This document shows positions 14,551-29,278 of a stretch of DNA of 64,000 nt, piece by piece; within the stretch, counting starts at the first letter, position 1, and every line of letters begins with the position of its first letter. The notes below the pieces were generated by a model. That model did no database searches. It was not told where the DNA came from and worked only from the letters and a program-made list of their open reading frames with translations. The translations under genes were made by a program, and so were the position numbers. Origin of the DNA: the human T2T-CHM13v2.0 reference genome, Homo sapiens; assembly GCF_009914755.1 (NCBI RefSeq), contig NC_060929.1; one strand, 5' to 3'.

Positions 14551-16029
14551 ATCATTACTATTTGCACACATTGAGTAATATTATAAATAAGGATTATGTG
14601 GGGTCTAATTTTGTTCCAGTTCAAGGTTTTAGAAAAAAATAAATAGAGGTATCTGGTTTGGTCAGATTTACTAGACATTGTACTGTTTGTAAAAAATTTA
14701 AAAGAAAAAAAAAAACCGGACCTGTCTCATGGGTCAATAGAAAGTCAATTTCCTTTTGGCTGAGGCCAGCGATTCTGTGCAGTTTATTCTGGTGCTGGCT
14801 GGCGGTTTGGTTAGGTTCAAGGCCATGACCATGAGTAAGTGATTCACTCTTGCCAAAAACTGCAATCATGGTCATATTCTAAATATTTATACTAAAAGAA
14901 ACCAAACCTGCTCCACCTTTAGGGGTCACAGGCACCACTCCCTCACATACTGGAGTTCATTCATTCATCCAACTCAGGCTTATTAACCATTCACCTCATG
15001 CCAGACACCAGGCACTGGTCATGCTGGTGGCTAATGGGACAGAAACCTGCTAGCAGCTTTGGCCAATTTTGGAGAAACAACCGAATCAGGGCCCTCAATG
15101 ATGGTAGCTGCACCTGGGCTGTGCAGGCTCCTACAGAGAATGCAGGCCATCTGTTTGGTGCATATCACAATGTGGTCTGTTCCAGCTGGGAAAGGCACTT
15201 GGGGATCATCTCAGGCAACACACACCCTTTACAGCCACTGAGATCTCACAGCTGAGCTAAGATCCTGCTATTCTGACTCCTAGATCAGCACCTCTCCCTC
15301 CCTCCTAGATGCCCCAAGATTTCCTCCACTTCATACAGAGCAGGCGGTCTCCAGACATTTTAGCTCACAAACGACTTCAAACATAGTGGTAATGAGAATT
15401 GAAAAAGTAATACCACTCGTAACAGTATCTTTCACTTACTGGGTGATTTCTGGGTGTCAGATTCTTCGTTAAACATTTTATATGGTATGCCTCATCTAAC
15501 ATTCAAAGAACATTATTGGTTAGGTCATTATTATCCCATTGTACAGAAGAGGACACTGAGGTTCAGAGAGGAGAAGGGATTTTCCTATGTTAACACAGCT
15601 AGAAGTTGCAGAACTTAACTTCATCTGACTCCAAACCCAGTGCACACCGCCACCACACAATATCCCCTCAGTGGGACGCACAGCACAAGGGACCTGCCCT
15701 CCTGTATCCTCCTCCTGTGCTTACCTGGCCAGCAACAGTTTGATGTCTGCAGCTAGGAGGGAGGAAGAAAGAGCAGCAGGTGGGCAGAAAAGAGGCTTCA
15801 AATCTAGTCCTTGGCTTTAGCACCCACTAAAATCCAGGACTATAACGAGCTTAAGGATGATGAAGAAAGACAGCAGTGGAGAGCACACTGGTGAGGAGAT
15901 GGATGGGTGGGTCTACAGACTGTTCCAGTGTCTGCTCCAGGTGAAGGGTGGCACCAGGTGCTGGAAGAATACCTGTGTCATGTGACCTGGGGCAAACCAT
16001 TTCCTATCTACTAGAGAGGGAGCACAGGA

Positions 16030-16270
16030 TAACAATTAAGCCTGTAGCCTCTGAAGCCAGACAACCTAGGATGAAACCCTAGCTCTGTCTCTTACCAGGT
16101 GTGTGACTTCATACAGTATTTAGCATACTGGGCGTTAGCTTCCTCTTCTGTAAAATGGGCATAATAATACCTGTCTCATAGTATCATTATTGAAAACTAA
16201 ATGAGTTAATACACAGAATGCCCTCAGGACAGTACCTAACACACAGTAAGAACTATATGCATTTTTGCTA
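16030..16270 (+). mobile_element. MIR SINE
   Basis: ctctgaagccagac...tgtgtgacttc...ttcctcttctgtaaaatgggcataataatacct. Confidence 0.75.
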
Positions 16271-16319
16271 AATGTTTAAAAATTATGTAAACTAGAGGTT
16301 ATAGTACCCAACTGTTTGA

Positions 16320-16870
16320 ATTAAGATGCTTTTGGCTGCAAAGTAACGGAATATCTGATCCTAAATGGTTTTAACAGAAAGTTTTTATTAGTATTAGTTT
16401 CTCATTAGTATAATGAGAATCGTCCAAATGGAGATGGTTCCAGGCTCAGGGATGTCCCAGGAGCTCAGGATCTTCTTATCTCTCACCCTCCCTTTGACTG
16501 TCTTCCACAAGTCATTTCCCATCCTGGCCCAAGATGGCTGCCACAGCTCCAAATATCACATCCCATTACCACAAAGCCAAGTATCACATCCAAATGTCAC
16601 AAAGCTACATCTAGAAACAGAAAGTAAGGAATAGGGAATCTCTCTTGCACTATTGCTGTCTTATGAAAGAGAAACTATTTCCTAGAAGCCTCTCTGAAGA
16701 CTTCCTTTTTCTGTCATTAGCCAGAACAGGGTCATGTGACCACCTCCAGGCCCTGTAGAAGGCTAGCAAAGCAATATCCTGGCATTTCTGTCACAATATA
16801 GAGCTGGGCTCCACAGCAAAGAAGATGGGAGGAAGAAGAGTAGTTGAATAGGCAATCAGCAAGCCTTGCA
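16320..16870 (-). mobile_element. Old MaLR (MLT1-type) LTR remnant
   Basis: ttggctgcaaagtaac..., caagatggctgccacagctcca, tcattagccagaac.gggtcatgtgaccacc. Confidence 0.6.
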
Positions 16871-16973
16871 AGATAGTCTTGAGAAGGAAATGTGGGGAAA
16901 AGTGCAGGAACACTGTGAAAGAGTTAACCACTTCCACTGTACCTATGTAAGACATTGTTCTCAGAAATAATCA

Positions 16974-17340
<367 letters not shown>

Positions 17341-17463
17341 TCATAATAACCCAGGCCTGGAAAACAATAGACCACCAACTTCCCCTCTCATTTTGGTGGA
17401 TTATAAATAAAGCCTGGAGGGAAAGTAATGAAATTAGTTTAAGAACAGTGATAGGATTCCTCT

Positions 17464-18416
<953 letters not shown>

Positions 18417-21400
18417 GTTCTACATGACAAGTTACGTAAGACAACAACCTAAGCCAAGGGACTCAAACTCTAGTGCCCATGGGGCTGGAGAGGTAAAGAA
18501 GTAAAGCAGGCTGGGTGGGGACTGTGACATGTGGAGAACATATGACTCATGGAAAGGAGGCAGTTGCAAAAACCAATGTAATAAGACCCTCCAGTATTTT
18601 AGGAAAACCAGAAATGCAAATATTAAGGGCATCTTCTCATTTTCAAATATTGGCACGCATTCAAAATTTTAAACCTGGTGCAGACCTAATTGAAAAAAAA
18701 CATCTGGGGGCCAGCACAGTTTAGCGGCAGCCAGTGTGTGTCCTCTGGCCCAGATCACCCTTCCTGAGCAATGTGCTATGACAACGGAGTACACATGACA
18801 CATTTGAGTGGCATGATCCAGGAAACTTAGCCCAACGCCAGTCTGACCTATTGCTAATGGAATGCATAACTGCCGCCGTCCTGCCCAGTGGCCGGGCATG
18901 TGGGAGACCATTCGCATGCATGACTGCAATGAGCTGCACGTGCACAGCCACTCCAAGTCTGGACCGTAATTCTCTCCCTGCCTCACTAGTCTTCTGCTTT
19001 CTATAAGCAGTGTTGGCATAATCAGTGCCCTGTGACATCAGATGCCATGTAATATTCATCATACGGACCCTCCTGACATACTTCAGAGAAGCAATGAGAT
19101 CATATGAAAGGGACTTAACAAGCCATGAAACCACACAGACATCAAATGGATTGGTTTCTGGCTTCCCCAGCCCCAAGCATAAATTCAAATCTTCCAATAA
19201 TGAGTATATTCTTTAGAGAGATCCAAAAAACCCCAGAAGCATGACAAACAGGACAGACACAAAGCAGAAGGACTCTCAACCAGATTTCCTCCTGGTAAAA
19301 AGGCCCTTAAGCTGTGTCCAACGCTGCCCTGCGGAAGCCCAGGCGCCACTGAAAGGCCCCGGGCTGCAGACAGCTCAGCTTGGGACATTCTGTCCTTGGC
19401 TGTATTTCAGCCTGTGTTCTCACCTGTTCACTGACTTCTTTGCCTCTCCCTCCAGTTCCTGTAAATCTACAGCATCCTCAGTATTTGCCTTGAGCTTCTC
19501 TCTCACTTGGTTCAGCTCTATACCTTCCTGCCTTCTGCACTATTTGCCTAGGTCCTCCACTTCAAAGGTTGCACTGACCTGCCTTTTCTGATGTCTCTGG
19601 ACATGCTCCACCTTCAGACCCTCAGCTCCACCGAGACCACCAGCATCAGGCTCCAGCCCATCCTGTGCAAGGCCTCCCCTTTTTTAAGGAGCTAGTTTGA
19701 TGTCTGCTCATCTTACCAAGGGCCCTACACCCACATCCATAACTTGCTAGTGAAGACATCAACCTAGGTGCCACCTATTTGGGTCGCAAAGATTCCCTCT
19801 CACCTCATCTCTGAAGATCACTGAAAACCACTCTTTTGATTCCCTCAGCTATATATTGGGGGTGGAGAAAGGGAGGGATGAGAGAAAGAAAGAGAGAGAG
19901 AAAAAAACAATGCAAACTTCCTACCACAAATGATGTTCACCCCATGTCCACTGAATCCTATTCTGTTCAAATTGGGTGCTGAGCCAGCAGTTTTCTAATG
20001 GCTCCTCAAGTCTTGTGATTTTTTTCAGGTTTTTCAGGGACCCAGGTAGGAGGGTTAAGGGGGATGCTGCATATCAGAGGTGACTTCAGCAGAACAGCTC
20101 CATCGGATCTGTTTTGTATACCATAGTCCTGCATGAAACTATTGTTTGAAAAACTTATTCCACCACTAAAAAATTAAAATTTCTGTGTTAGCCACTGTGA
20201 CCAGGAGCAGATGGAGCAAGGCAAGCTCCCTTACTGAAGAAGCCCATAGGATAAACTTGAGGTAAGCAATATTTTTGGCATAGGGCAATTTGGAAAGTAT
20301 TGGGCTAAATTTTTGTTTATAATGAAAAGTAACTTATTGAGTCTCACATTAGGTGTGTCTGTTCCCACAATTTAAGTTATCTACTTTGTTGAATAGAAGA
20401 ATAACATCAAGGAAGTATTACTTTTTATATGCTTAAGTATGAATGTCTGTTTCCATTTTCCCAGTGGTGATATGGGGGGAAATTTCTAATCTTTCCTTCT
20501 GAATTTAGACAATGAAGCATTTCTCAGAGGTGTCATGAGGGCCTGCTCATCACTTGCTTAGTGCATAGACCCTTGGGGGCATCTCCAGAGGATTGCCAAC
20601 AGGGCAAAACCTCTTAAAGCAGTGCCCAAGCTCCTGTTTTCTTCACTTCATTGTTCAAATTCATATTTCTCCCATGTGGTTTGTAGATACCTCCTAGGGG
20701 TTGGTAAGTCCCAATGAGTCTTATGGACAAGTGAGCAGACTAGGCTAGCAGTGGCCAAACAATACGGAGCCTGCAGGGAGAGTTGTGTTCTGTCAGCTGA
20801 GCTCAAAGTCTAAAAGCCCTCGCACACCCTCAGCTGACAGTTCAGGCAGTGACAGCTCATTCGGGAAGGAGATTTGCAGTTGTGAACACTGACCAGCTCT
20901 AAAAGAATAGAAAAGTAATTAATCATATCATTTTAGAGCTGTGCATTCTCAGACTCTCAGAATCAGAGCCTCTTAGAACCTCAGGCCCGGGAGAAAGCAG
21001 AGAGGCTCCAATATTGCATAATGGTTAAGTTCACCAGCTTTGAGTCAGATAGACCTGAACTTGAGACCACTCAAGGACTCTACCTAAAAGGAAATTTACT
21101 AGAGGACATGGGACAACTCGCAATAAGGAAGATAAGGTGTAAAACAAACTCAAAGCAGGCAGCAGAAGTTGCAGCAAACTGGCCCACGAACCAGGGCTGT
21201 AATCAATTCATCCTGAGCATTTCATCAGCTCTCACACATAGGTTCAGGATTCCAAGTCCTGGGCAAAAGATTCCAATCTTTTCCCTTGTCTCCCCAGGGA
21301 GGTTTGAAGAAAGTTTCAGGCATCATAATGGGAGGGGAAAACATCTTGGTTTACCATGCCAACAAAACCATAAACACTAAGGGTGAGGCTCCCAAAGGAA

Positions 21401-21790
21401 AGCCAGGGGCTGTGGGGAGGTGAGAATGGCTGCCTGGGAGCATAAACAACAGAGATCTACTATCCTGCACCTGCCACAGTGTTGCTCAGAGGACAGACAG
21501 AAATGCTCCACACCACGGCCTTAGCATACTTTGGGACACAAAAAAAGGGCCTCCATAAACATGAGTGCCTTCATTTACAACTCATGCTCCTGCATGGAGC
21601 TAGATCCCCTCTAGAGCACACCTGTTGAAGCAATTGCCACTAACTGAGACTCCTTCCCCTTTGTAATCATGTCGCCTAAGTTACCCTGAATGCAGAGGCC
21701 ATTTGCTTGGAGAACTTTAAGAGATTTTATTCATCATGTGGATGGCCCATGCCACTGAGAGTCCAACAGTAAATATATTGGACCAAACCT

Positions 21791-22001
21791 GGCTCAGAAA
21801 AAGGCTCCCTCCACTGGGACTCAGAAAAAGACTCTCCTTCCCTCATCCTCCCTTAGGATTCCAATATCCTCCTTTAGGATATTGGTATAGGGAATGTATT
21901 CACTTCCCTATTACAATATCATAAGGGAAGGAAAGTCTTTTTCTGAGTCCCAACGGAGGGGGTCTTTTTTGATTGGAATAGGGAATACATTCCCTATTCC
22001 A
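21791..22001. repeat. Nested inverted-repeat / palindrome cluster
   Basis: Arms 21798-21843 and 21924-21970 are near-complementary, with additional inner and adjacent stems (see findings). Confidence 0.85.
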
Positions 22002-24408
22002 GTAACCTAAGTAGTGTCCCCCTCCAGGTTCATTAGACTGAGTGAAGTGTTGGGTTCTGGCAGTTTAGCTTCACACACACTCTTAGGTCAGGAGAGAAAA
22101 TAAAGGCAACACAGCCTCAGAGACCTAATATTTTGTCTTAATATTCCACTAGGTCAGGAGGAGCCTCCTTGGATGCTCATGCCAAACCTCAAAAACTCTA
22201 AAAATGCGTGCCAAATAGGGGGACAGTCTCTTGCTTCACATTTCCAACTATGGCCCTATTAAAGGGCTGCTGCAAATATCTGGGGTCTGAAGCCATGTTT
22301 GCTTAGCCTGAGGCATATCCTAAGTTCAAAATCAATTGTGCAGAAAAGGGAGGGCCAATGGAAAGTCAGTCAGCTGCTGTCTAGCCAGTCAATGCCACCC
22401 TGCCCTGAAGGACATCAGCTGGCCTGATGGGGGCAGAGCTACAGCATTGTCTCTGAGCTTATTTCCATCTCTATTCTGATGTTAGATGGGAGTATCAATA
22501 TCATAGCTCAACAACGCTCATCTTCAGCCTGGACTCCTCTAGCTCCCTCCCGCTAAGGCAGCCAATCCTAACATGAGCTCATCGACAAACATACACTAAG
22601 ACCCACTAGAAGCCAGTTGCCATGTGAGGGGTTAAATAATAATAGCTATAGTTTATGGACTGTCTCCTACAGGTGGGACACAGCTTCCAATGCTTTACCC
22701 ACATTGTCTCAATTCATCATCACAATGGCCCTGTTACTTTCCTCTTTCTGTAATAACTATTCATGCTGTTTGAATCACTGGGAGGTTTTTCATTGCATTG
22801 CACAGAATTCTGTTTTCCTTTTTGCTTTTTTTGTTTGTCTTTTGCCCTCAGAAAAGGCTAATACATTCAACCAAATGGCTGGAGTTGGAGGGAGGAAGCA
22901 GGGATGACCTTGTCTGAAAGATGGTCTCAAACCCCTTCTCCTGCCTCTATCCAAAGACAAGCCTTCACCTGAAATATGAAGTGAGGCTGATGAGAAAGTC
23001 CAGTCTCTGCCTGTGTTTCACCATCTCCAGTTTCAGAGGCAGCAGCTTCAAACTACTGCTGGAAATCAGAGCCAACTAGGGCCCCAGGGGAAGAAGGAAA
23101 GAGAACACAGATTCACCTGAATGAAGGTCAGTGATGGCTCCCCCTGAGTCTGGCAATCTCTCCTGGACCTGAGGAGACCACCTGGTCCCTCAGATCCCCC
23201 TGCAGGGGCAGGAATGTCTGAGCCAGGGCATTGTTTCTGTGGAATCTTCCCACCAATGAATCTCCCAGCAGGACCAACTGTTTGGCTGTATTTAAACTGT
23301 CATTTAGCCAAGGCAGTTTGCTGGCACACCCAACTTCAACCCAGCAAGCACAACAGGTCTGCAGCTCGCGCCAAAGCTTGTTTAAACATCATTTGAACCA
23401 AACAGCCAGTCAATTTAAAAATACTCCAAGCCAAAAGCCAATGAGATTTGAAAACAAGAAAAACTGAAAATGAAAATAAAAGGGAAATATATGAATTTAT
23501 GTATGTACTCATTTATTTATTAGTTAAACATTGCCTTTTTCCAGAGAGAATCTAAGATGTCAAAGGCCAAGTTGTTTTTTAAAATAAAACAGTACTAGAT
23601 ATGTTCTGTAAATTTCAATGATATCACAAAAATTCAACTTGGGTAAACATTTAAAACACAAAGTGTGTGTGTGTGTGTGCACGTGTGTGTGTGTGCATGT
23701 ATGTGCGTGTGTTTTAACAGATGAGGAAATTGAAGCTCAGGGAGATTAAGGCCCTTGCCAGAGTCACACAGCAGTGAATGGTAACATAAGGACTGTCCCA
23801 AGTCCTCTGCTATGTGTATGGATGCGCACGCACCTACCTATACTTGCTGAGGCCACACTCTTGTTTCAGGCCCAACAGGGTCTGGAATATAAGGGTTTTT
23901 CTTCTCTTTTGCTCCCAAACATAAAAGGGATGTCATATCTCATTTTCACCTGAGTCATGCATTTATTCCTTCAGAATCATTTATTGAAGTCCAGCCACAT
24001 GCCACCCACTGAACTGGACATTTGGGATACAGTGGCCAAAAAGCCACATACAATTGCTGTGCACACAGAGCTTACATTTAAGACAGCTTGGAAGCCAGCA
24101 GCGTGTGCTCTGTACTGAAACTGGGGCATTCATATTTATAAGCCCTCTGAGCCAGAAAAACATTTAGAGGTCACCTAGACCAGGGTTTCCCAAAGTCCAA
24201 CCATTCAGGTACCAACCCCACAGTTTTTGTCATATGTCAATAACACTTTCATATATGTCTTCAAGTGTTCTCATCTACATAAACACATCTGTTTTCAGAG
24301 AAAGCCCTCTATCACTGCTGTAAACAGAAAACTGGAATCACTTGTCTAAAATAAAAGGTAACCATAAAAATAAGTAAAACAAAGACAAAACAATATGATT
24401 AAATTATC

Positions 24409-24708
<300 letters not shown>

Positions 24709-26739
24709 CATCTAGAAAGACACTTGAAGTCCAAGTAAGATTGAGCTTGAAGGCTGTTCTCATTTTGTAAAAACATAAGCTCAGGAAGTGTTGAAGATAT
24801 TTTAACTCTACACTGAGACTTTCTTCTTTCCTTTATCAAGAAGATTAAAGGAGAATTCAATCAGGCACAACTTTCTATGATTTAATTGTTTTTAATGTTG
24901 TGTTAAACAGTCATGACATTTAGGAAATCATTATCTAGTCCAACTCTAAAACCCAGAGACAGGCAGCTACTGGACCAAGGTCACATAGCAAATGAATGGC
25001 AGAAAAAACACACCCAGTCTCTGTTCCTACAGTAGACTGCAGATCAGCAAACTAACATCTGAATAAACTCTTGGATTTGCTCTTTACCACAATCGAAGAC
25101 TGATTTGATCCACTTAACTTTTGGATGAAAAACAACTGTAACCCATCTCAAAGTGGCAGATATAGTGATCCCTCTCAATTTTCCTTTTTCTCTGTTTTAT
25201 CTATCCACTCATTTTCCATGTGTCATGGGTCTTATAACAGAAATATGCTGAGATTTCTAATAAAACCTAGAAAATTTTGTGGAAACCTCCGAACACCCCA
25301 AAATTCAAATATAATCCTTAGATAACCTGCTGTAATATGGAATTCAGGAAGAAAAAAATCCCCAGCGCCACCCGACAAGAACTCCTTGTCCTATAAAATC
25401 CTCAGTGTGTACAGCCCATACTTGGCAAACCTCACCACATACCAACTATAACTCTTTAAATCAGGCCTGGAGATAAATGAGAAGAAACCCTCTCTCACCC
25501 ACTAAGGTCACCTGCAACTTGCCTGCCCCTAATCCCCCTCAGAAGGCAGCTTTCAGCAATGTCCCCGGGAAATAGTTGGCTGTGAGAACACACAGAAGCC
25601 TCAGCCTGCAAAGGAGGCACATTCTGGAGTCCTTGCACATGGTTTCCTCTCCAGGAAGGTGAGGCCAGGGTTTCCATGTTCCTCTCCCAGGCCAGAATGG
25701 AGAAAGAGGAGAAGATGACAGTGAATGACATCTGGCCACTTTTTCTCTTTGAGCTGACACAGGAACACTTTAGGGCTGCTCAGAGGGACTGAAAGCCATC
25801 CTTTATGGAGGTAACTCAAGCTCAGCTTTTCTCTGTCTGAGGGAAGGCAGCCTGCTTAACTGCCCAGATTAGACTGTACTGATCTACCTTATTTGAGTGG
25901 CAGAATAACCCTGTGCCCTCCAGAACTGGTGCCCTGTGAACACCCAAAAGCAAAGAGAAGTGACTCTTGTTCCTAATGTGGAAAGAGCAGAACTTCCTAT
26001 GATGCAGCTGGCACTTCCTGAAATAGAACAGGATTTGAGCAAATAGTTTTCACTAGGCGGGTAGGAAAAGCTGCGTGTGGCTCGATATTTCCTTAGTGGT
26101 GACTCAGACCCTCGCTCCTGGCTGCTGTCTCATCCTGGTTGGGTCTGTTTTCCAATTATCGCGCTCAGCCCTCAGATTCCCTCTCCCAGGGTCCCCTTTT
26201 GCCAGTGTTTATCGTCCCACCAGCCTATTCTAGTTCTGGGGAGGTCACGTCTCTGTCTTACCTTTTATGTTACTTATACTCAGCTACAATTTCTTTTATG
26301 AAATTGATTAGAATTTGATCAACAGTTTATGTTTGTTTCCAGAACACCTCCTGTCTGGCTCTGCCTCCTTCCAGAAGAGATGATGATTTATGCTTATCTC
26401 AGTCAGAAGCAAGTCTTCCAAATCTGTAATTTGGAACTGTTTTCAAATTTTGGGCATTTGCCCAGTTACTACCAAAATTACTTGGAGAGAAGTGTAACAA
26501 GGGTGCTGATTCAGCAAAGACTGCCTTAGACATGCTGCATCACCCAAAATCCATTCCAGACTTTGAGGCCCTGTCTCAAATTGGCTCTTATTCAATCAAC
26601 ATTTAGTGAGTCCTGACTATGAACGACGCATTGTGCTTGGGGTACAGACATAAAAAAAAGCCTGGTCCCTAATGCCCACATTATATGCCAATGTGGAAAA
26701 GACTGCAACGGAGTTATCTCAAAGCATGGGGGGAGTCTC

Positions 26740-27230
26740 AGAGAGAGGTGTGACCTGGACCCTGCCTGCCTCTCCAGCTGCACTCACAGCATCCTCACCA
26801 TCTTCACTCTGCTTGGTCCCACTGCCCTTCATTCTGCTTCGGGTTGCCCTGCTCTTCCCTCTGCCTAGAACCATCTTTTCCCGTCACTTCACTTGGCTAG
26901 CTCCTGCTCATCAGTCAGTCTCAGTTTATGCATCCTCCTCAAACGGGTCTTCCCCAGTCATCTCATCATCCCCTGTAGCTTCTCCACATGCACCCCAGCA
27001 GTCTCTATCATGTCACCTCTGTTTTCTCCCTGGAAACATTCTTTCAGTATCTGACACTACCTTGTTTATTTATTTGCATATTGCATATTGCCTGTTTCTC
27101 CAAAACAAAATGGAGTCTCCACAGGGGCAGGAATTTTGAACCTGTGTTTATCACTATGTCCTTAATACCTCCAATAGTCTTGGCACACATTAGATGTGCC
27201 AACAGTAAATACTTGATGATTGAATGAATA
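26740..27230 (+). mobile_element. L2 LINE 3' fragment
   Basis: cctctgcctagaac...ctccacaggggcagg...tggcacacattag...agtaaatacttgatgattgaatgaat (L2 3' terminus). Confidence 0.7.
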
Positions 27231-28303
27231 ATACTTTCTGTGGGGAAATTGGGAAAGGATTCATAAGGATGTGACTTTAGGAGGTAGCCAGGTGACCAGT
27301 TATACAGGTGAGCATCTCCCATAGAAAGGCATGATGCTTTAGGGGAATAGCAGCAGGTACTGCAGGCCACGCAAGTGATCTCGAAGGAGGGTGAAAAATC
27401 AGGCAGGGCCCCCATGGTGACGATCTGTGGATGTCAATCTCAGGAGTTTTTATTTTTTTCCACTAGGGCAGTGACAAGGTCACTCATCAGCTAAACCTGA
27501 AGGAGGCAGCTAATCATATTTCACAGGAGGTCTTCACCCATACAAGTGAGAGACTAGGGGCTCACGCTGTGAAATTGCCCAGGCTCTTTGCCAGCACCCC
27601 TAATAATGCTATCACGACTGCTTACTAAAACTCACCATGTGTCAAGCGCTTCACTGACATCATCTTATTTAATCCTCACAACATCCTTAGAAGAGATCTT
27701 ATCTTCCCCATTTGGCAGATAAAGAGGAAAAGAGGAGAAGTGATTTGCTTAGAATCTGCTAACTAGAAGAGCTGGGATTTGAACCCAGGCATTCAGACCC
27801 CAGAGTACATACCTTACCAGCTTCTATTCCTTGGGAATGGAAAAGTTTTTCTGATTTTGCATGAAAGGGTGCCCAAGATGGAACATTCTAGATTCCTTGC
27901 TGTCCTCATTTTCAGGCACCGACCTGCATGTTCATGATATAAATCATTCACCTTCCTGCCTGTTCGGAATGTTGGCATTTTGCCTTCAATCCCCTGCTGC
28001 CTACATTCTTCGGACATTCACTGAGGATGGCATGTGTGGCCAGGGCCTTGACTGAGTTACTTAGCTCAGATTTAGTCTCTTTGGGTCTCACCACTTAAGA
28101 GCTAATTTCTGTCTTCAAGCATGTCCCAGGGAAGTAGGAGACTAAGGCAAGGATAAAAAAAGTGGACTAAGATTAGTGCTAACGGAGTTTCTGTGCAAAA
28201 CATCCATCTTCGAGCCCCTCAGTTGGCTGGACAGTACTCTTACGGTAAAAACAAAAGTCTTTGTCAGGGCCCTGCCTGGTTATTCTTCAAATCCCAGCTC
28301 AGT

Positions 28304-29278
28304 GGGAGAAAATTTTTGCAACCTACTCATCTGACGAAGGGCTAATATCCAGAATCTACAATGAACTCAAACAAATTTACAAGAAAAAAACAAACAACCC
28401 CATCAAAAAGTGGGCAAAGGATATGAACAGACACTTCTCAAAAGAAGACATTTATGCAGCCAAAAAACACATGAAAAAATGCTCATCATCACTGGCCATC
28501 AGAGAAATGCAAATCAAAACCACAATGAGATACCATCTCACACCAGTTAGAATGGCAATCATTAAAAAGTCAGGAAACAACAGGTGCTGCAGAGGATGTG
28601 GAGAAACAGGAAAACTTTTACACTGTTGGTGGGACTGTAAACTAGTTTAACCATTGTGGAAGACAGTGTGGCGATTCCTCAGGGATCTAGAACTAGAAAT
28701 ACCATTTGACCCAGCCATCCCATTACTGGGTATATACCCAAAGGATTATAAATCAGGCTGCTATAAAGACACATGCACACGTATGTTTATTGTGGCACCA
28801 TTCACAATAGCAAAGACTTGGAACCAACCCAAATGTCCAACAATGATAGACTGGATTAAGAAAATGTGGCACATATATACCATGGAATACTATGCAGCCA
28901 TAAAAAATGATGAGTTCATGTCCTTTGTAGGGACATGGATGAAGCTGGAAACCATCATTCTCAGCAAACTATCACAAGAACAAAAAACCAAACACTGCAT
29001 GTTCTCACTCATAGGTGGGAATTGAACAATGAGAACACATGGACACAGGAAGGGGAACATCACACACCAGGGACTGTTGTGGGGTGGTGCGGTGGGGGAG
29101 GGATAGCATTAGGAGATATATCTAATGCTAAATGACGAGGTAATGGGTGCAGCACACCAACATGGCACATGTATACATATGTAACAAACCTGACGTTGTG
29201 CACATGTATCCTAAAACTTAAAGTATAATAATAATAAAATAAAATAAATAGCAAAGAAGACTTAAAGAAAAAAAAAAC
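28304..29278 (+). mobile_element. 5'-truncated L1PA (PA3-PA5-like) with a 14-bp TSD
   Basis: ORF2 C-terminus with an internal stop near 28648, L1 3' UTR and A-rich tail. TSD aatcccagctcagt at 28290-28303 and 29279-29292. Confidence 0.95.

Noticed and set aside
14960-15255. ORF 14998..15255 looks Ig-like (NNRIRALNDGS...ENAG)
   Set aside because: The DNA begins ttcattcattcatccaac...tgccagacaccaggcactgg, which fits an antisense L2 3' end. The Ig cysteine/tyrosine motif is missing, so the resemblance is probably coincidence.
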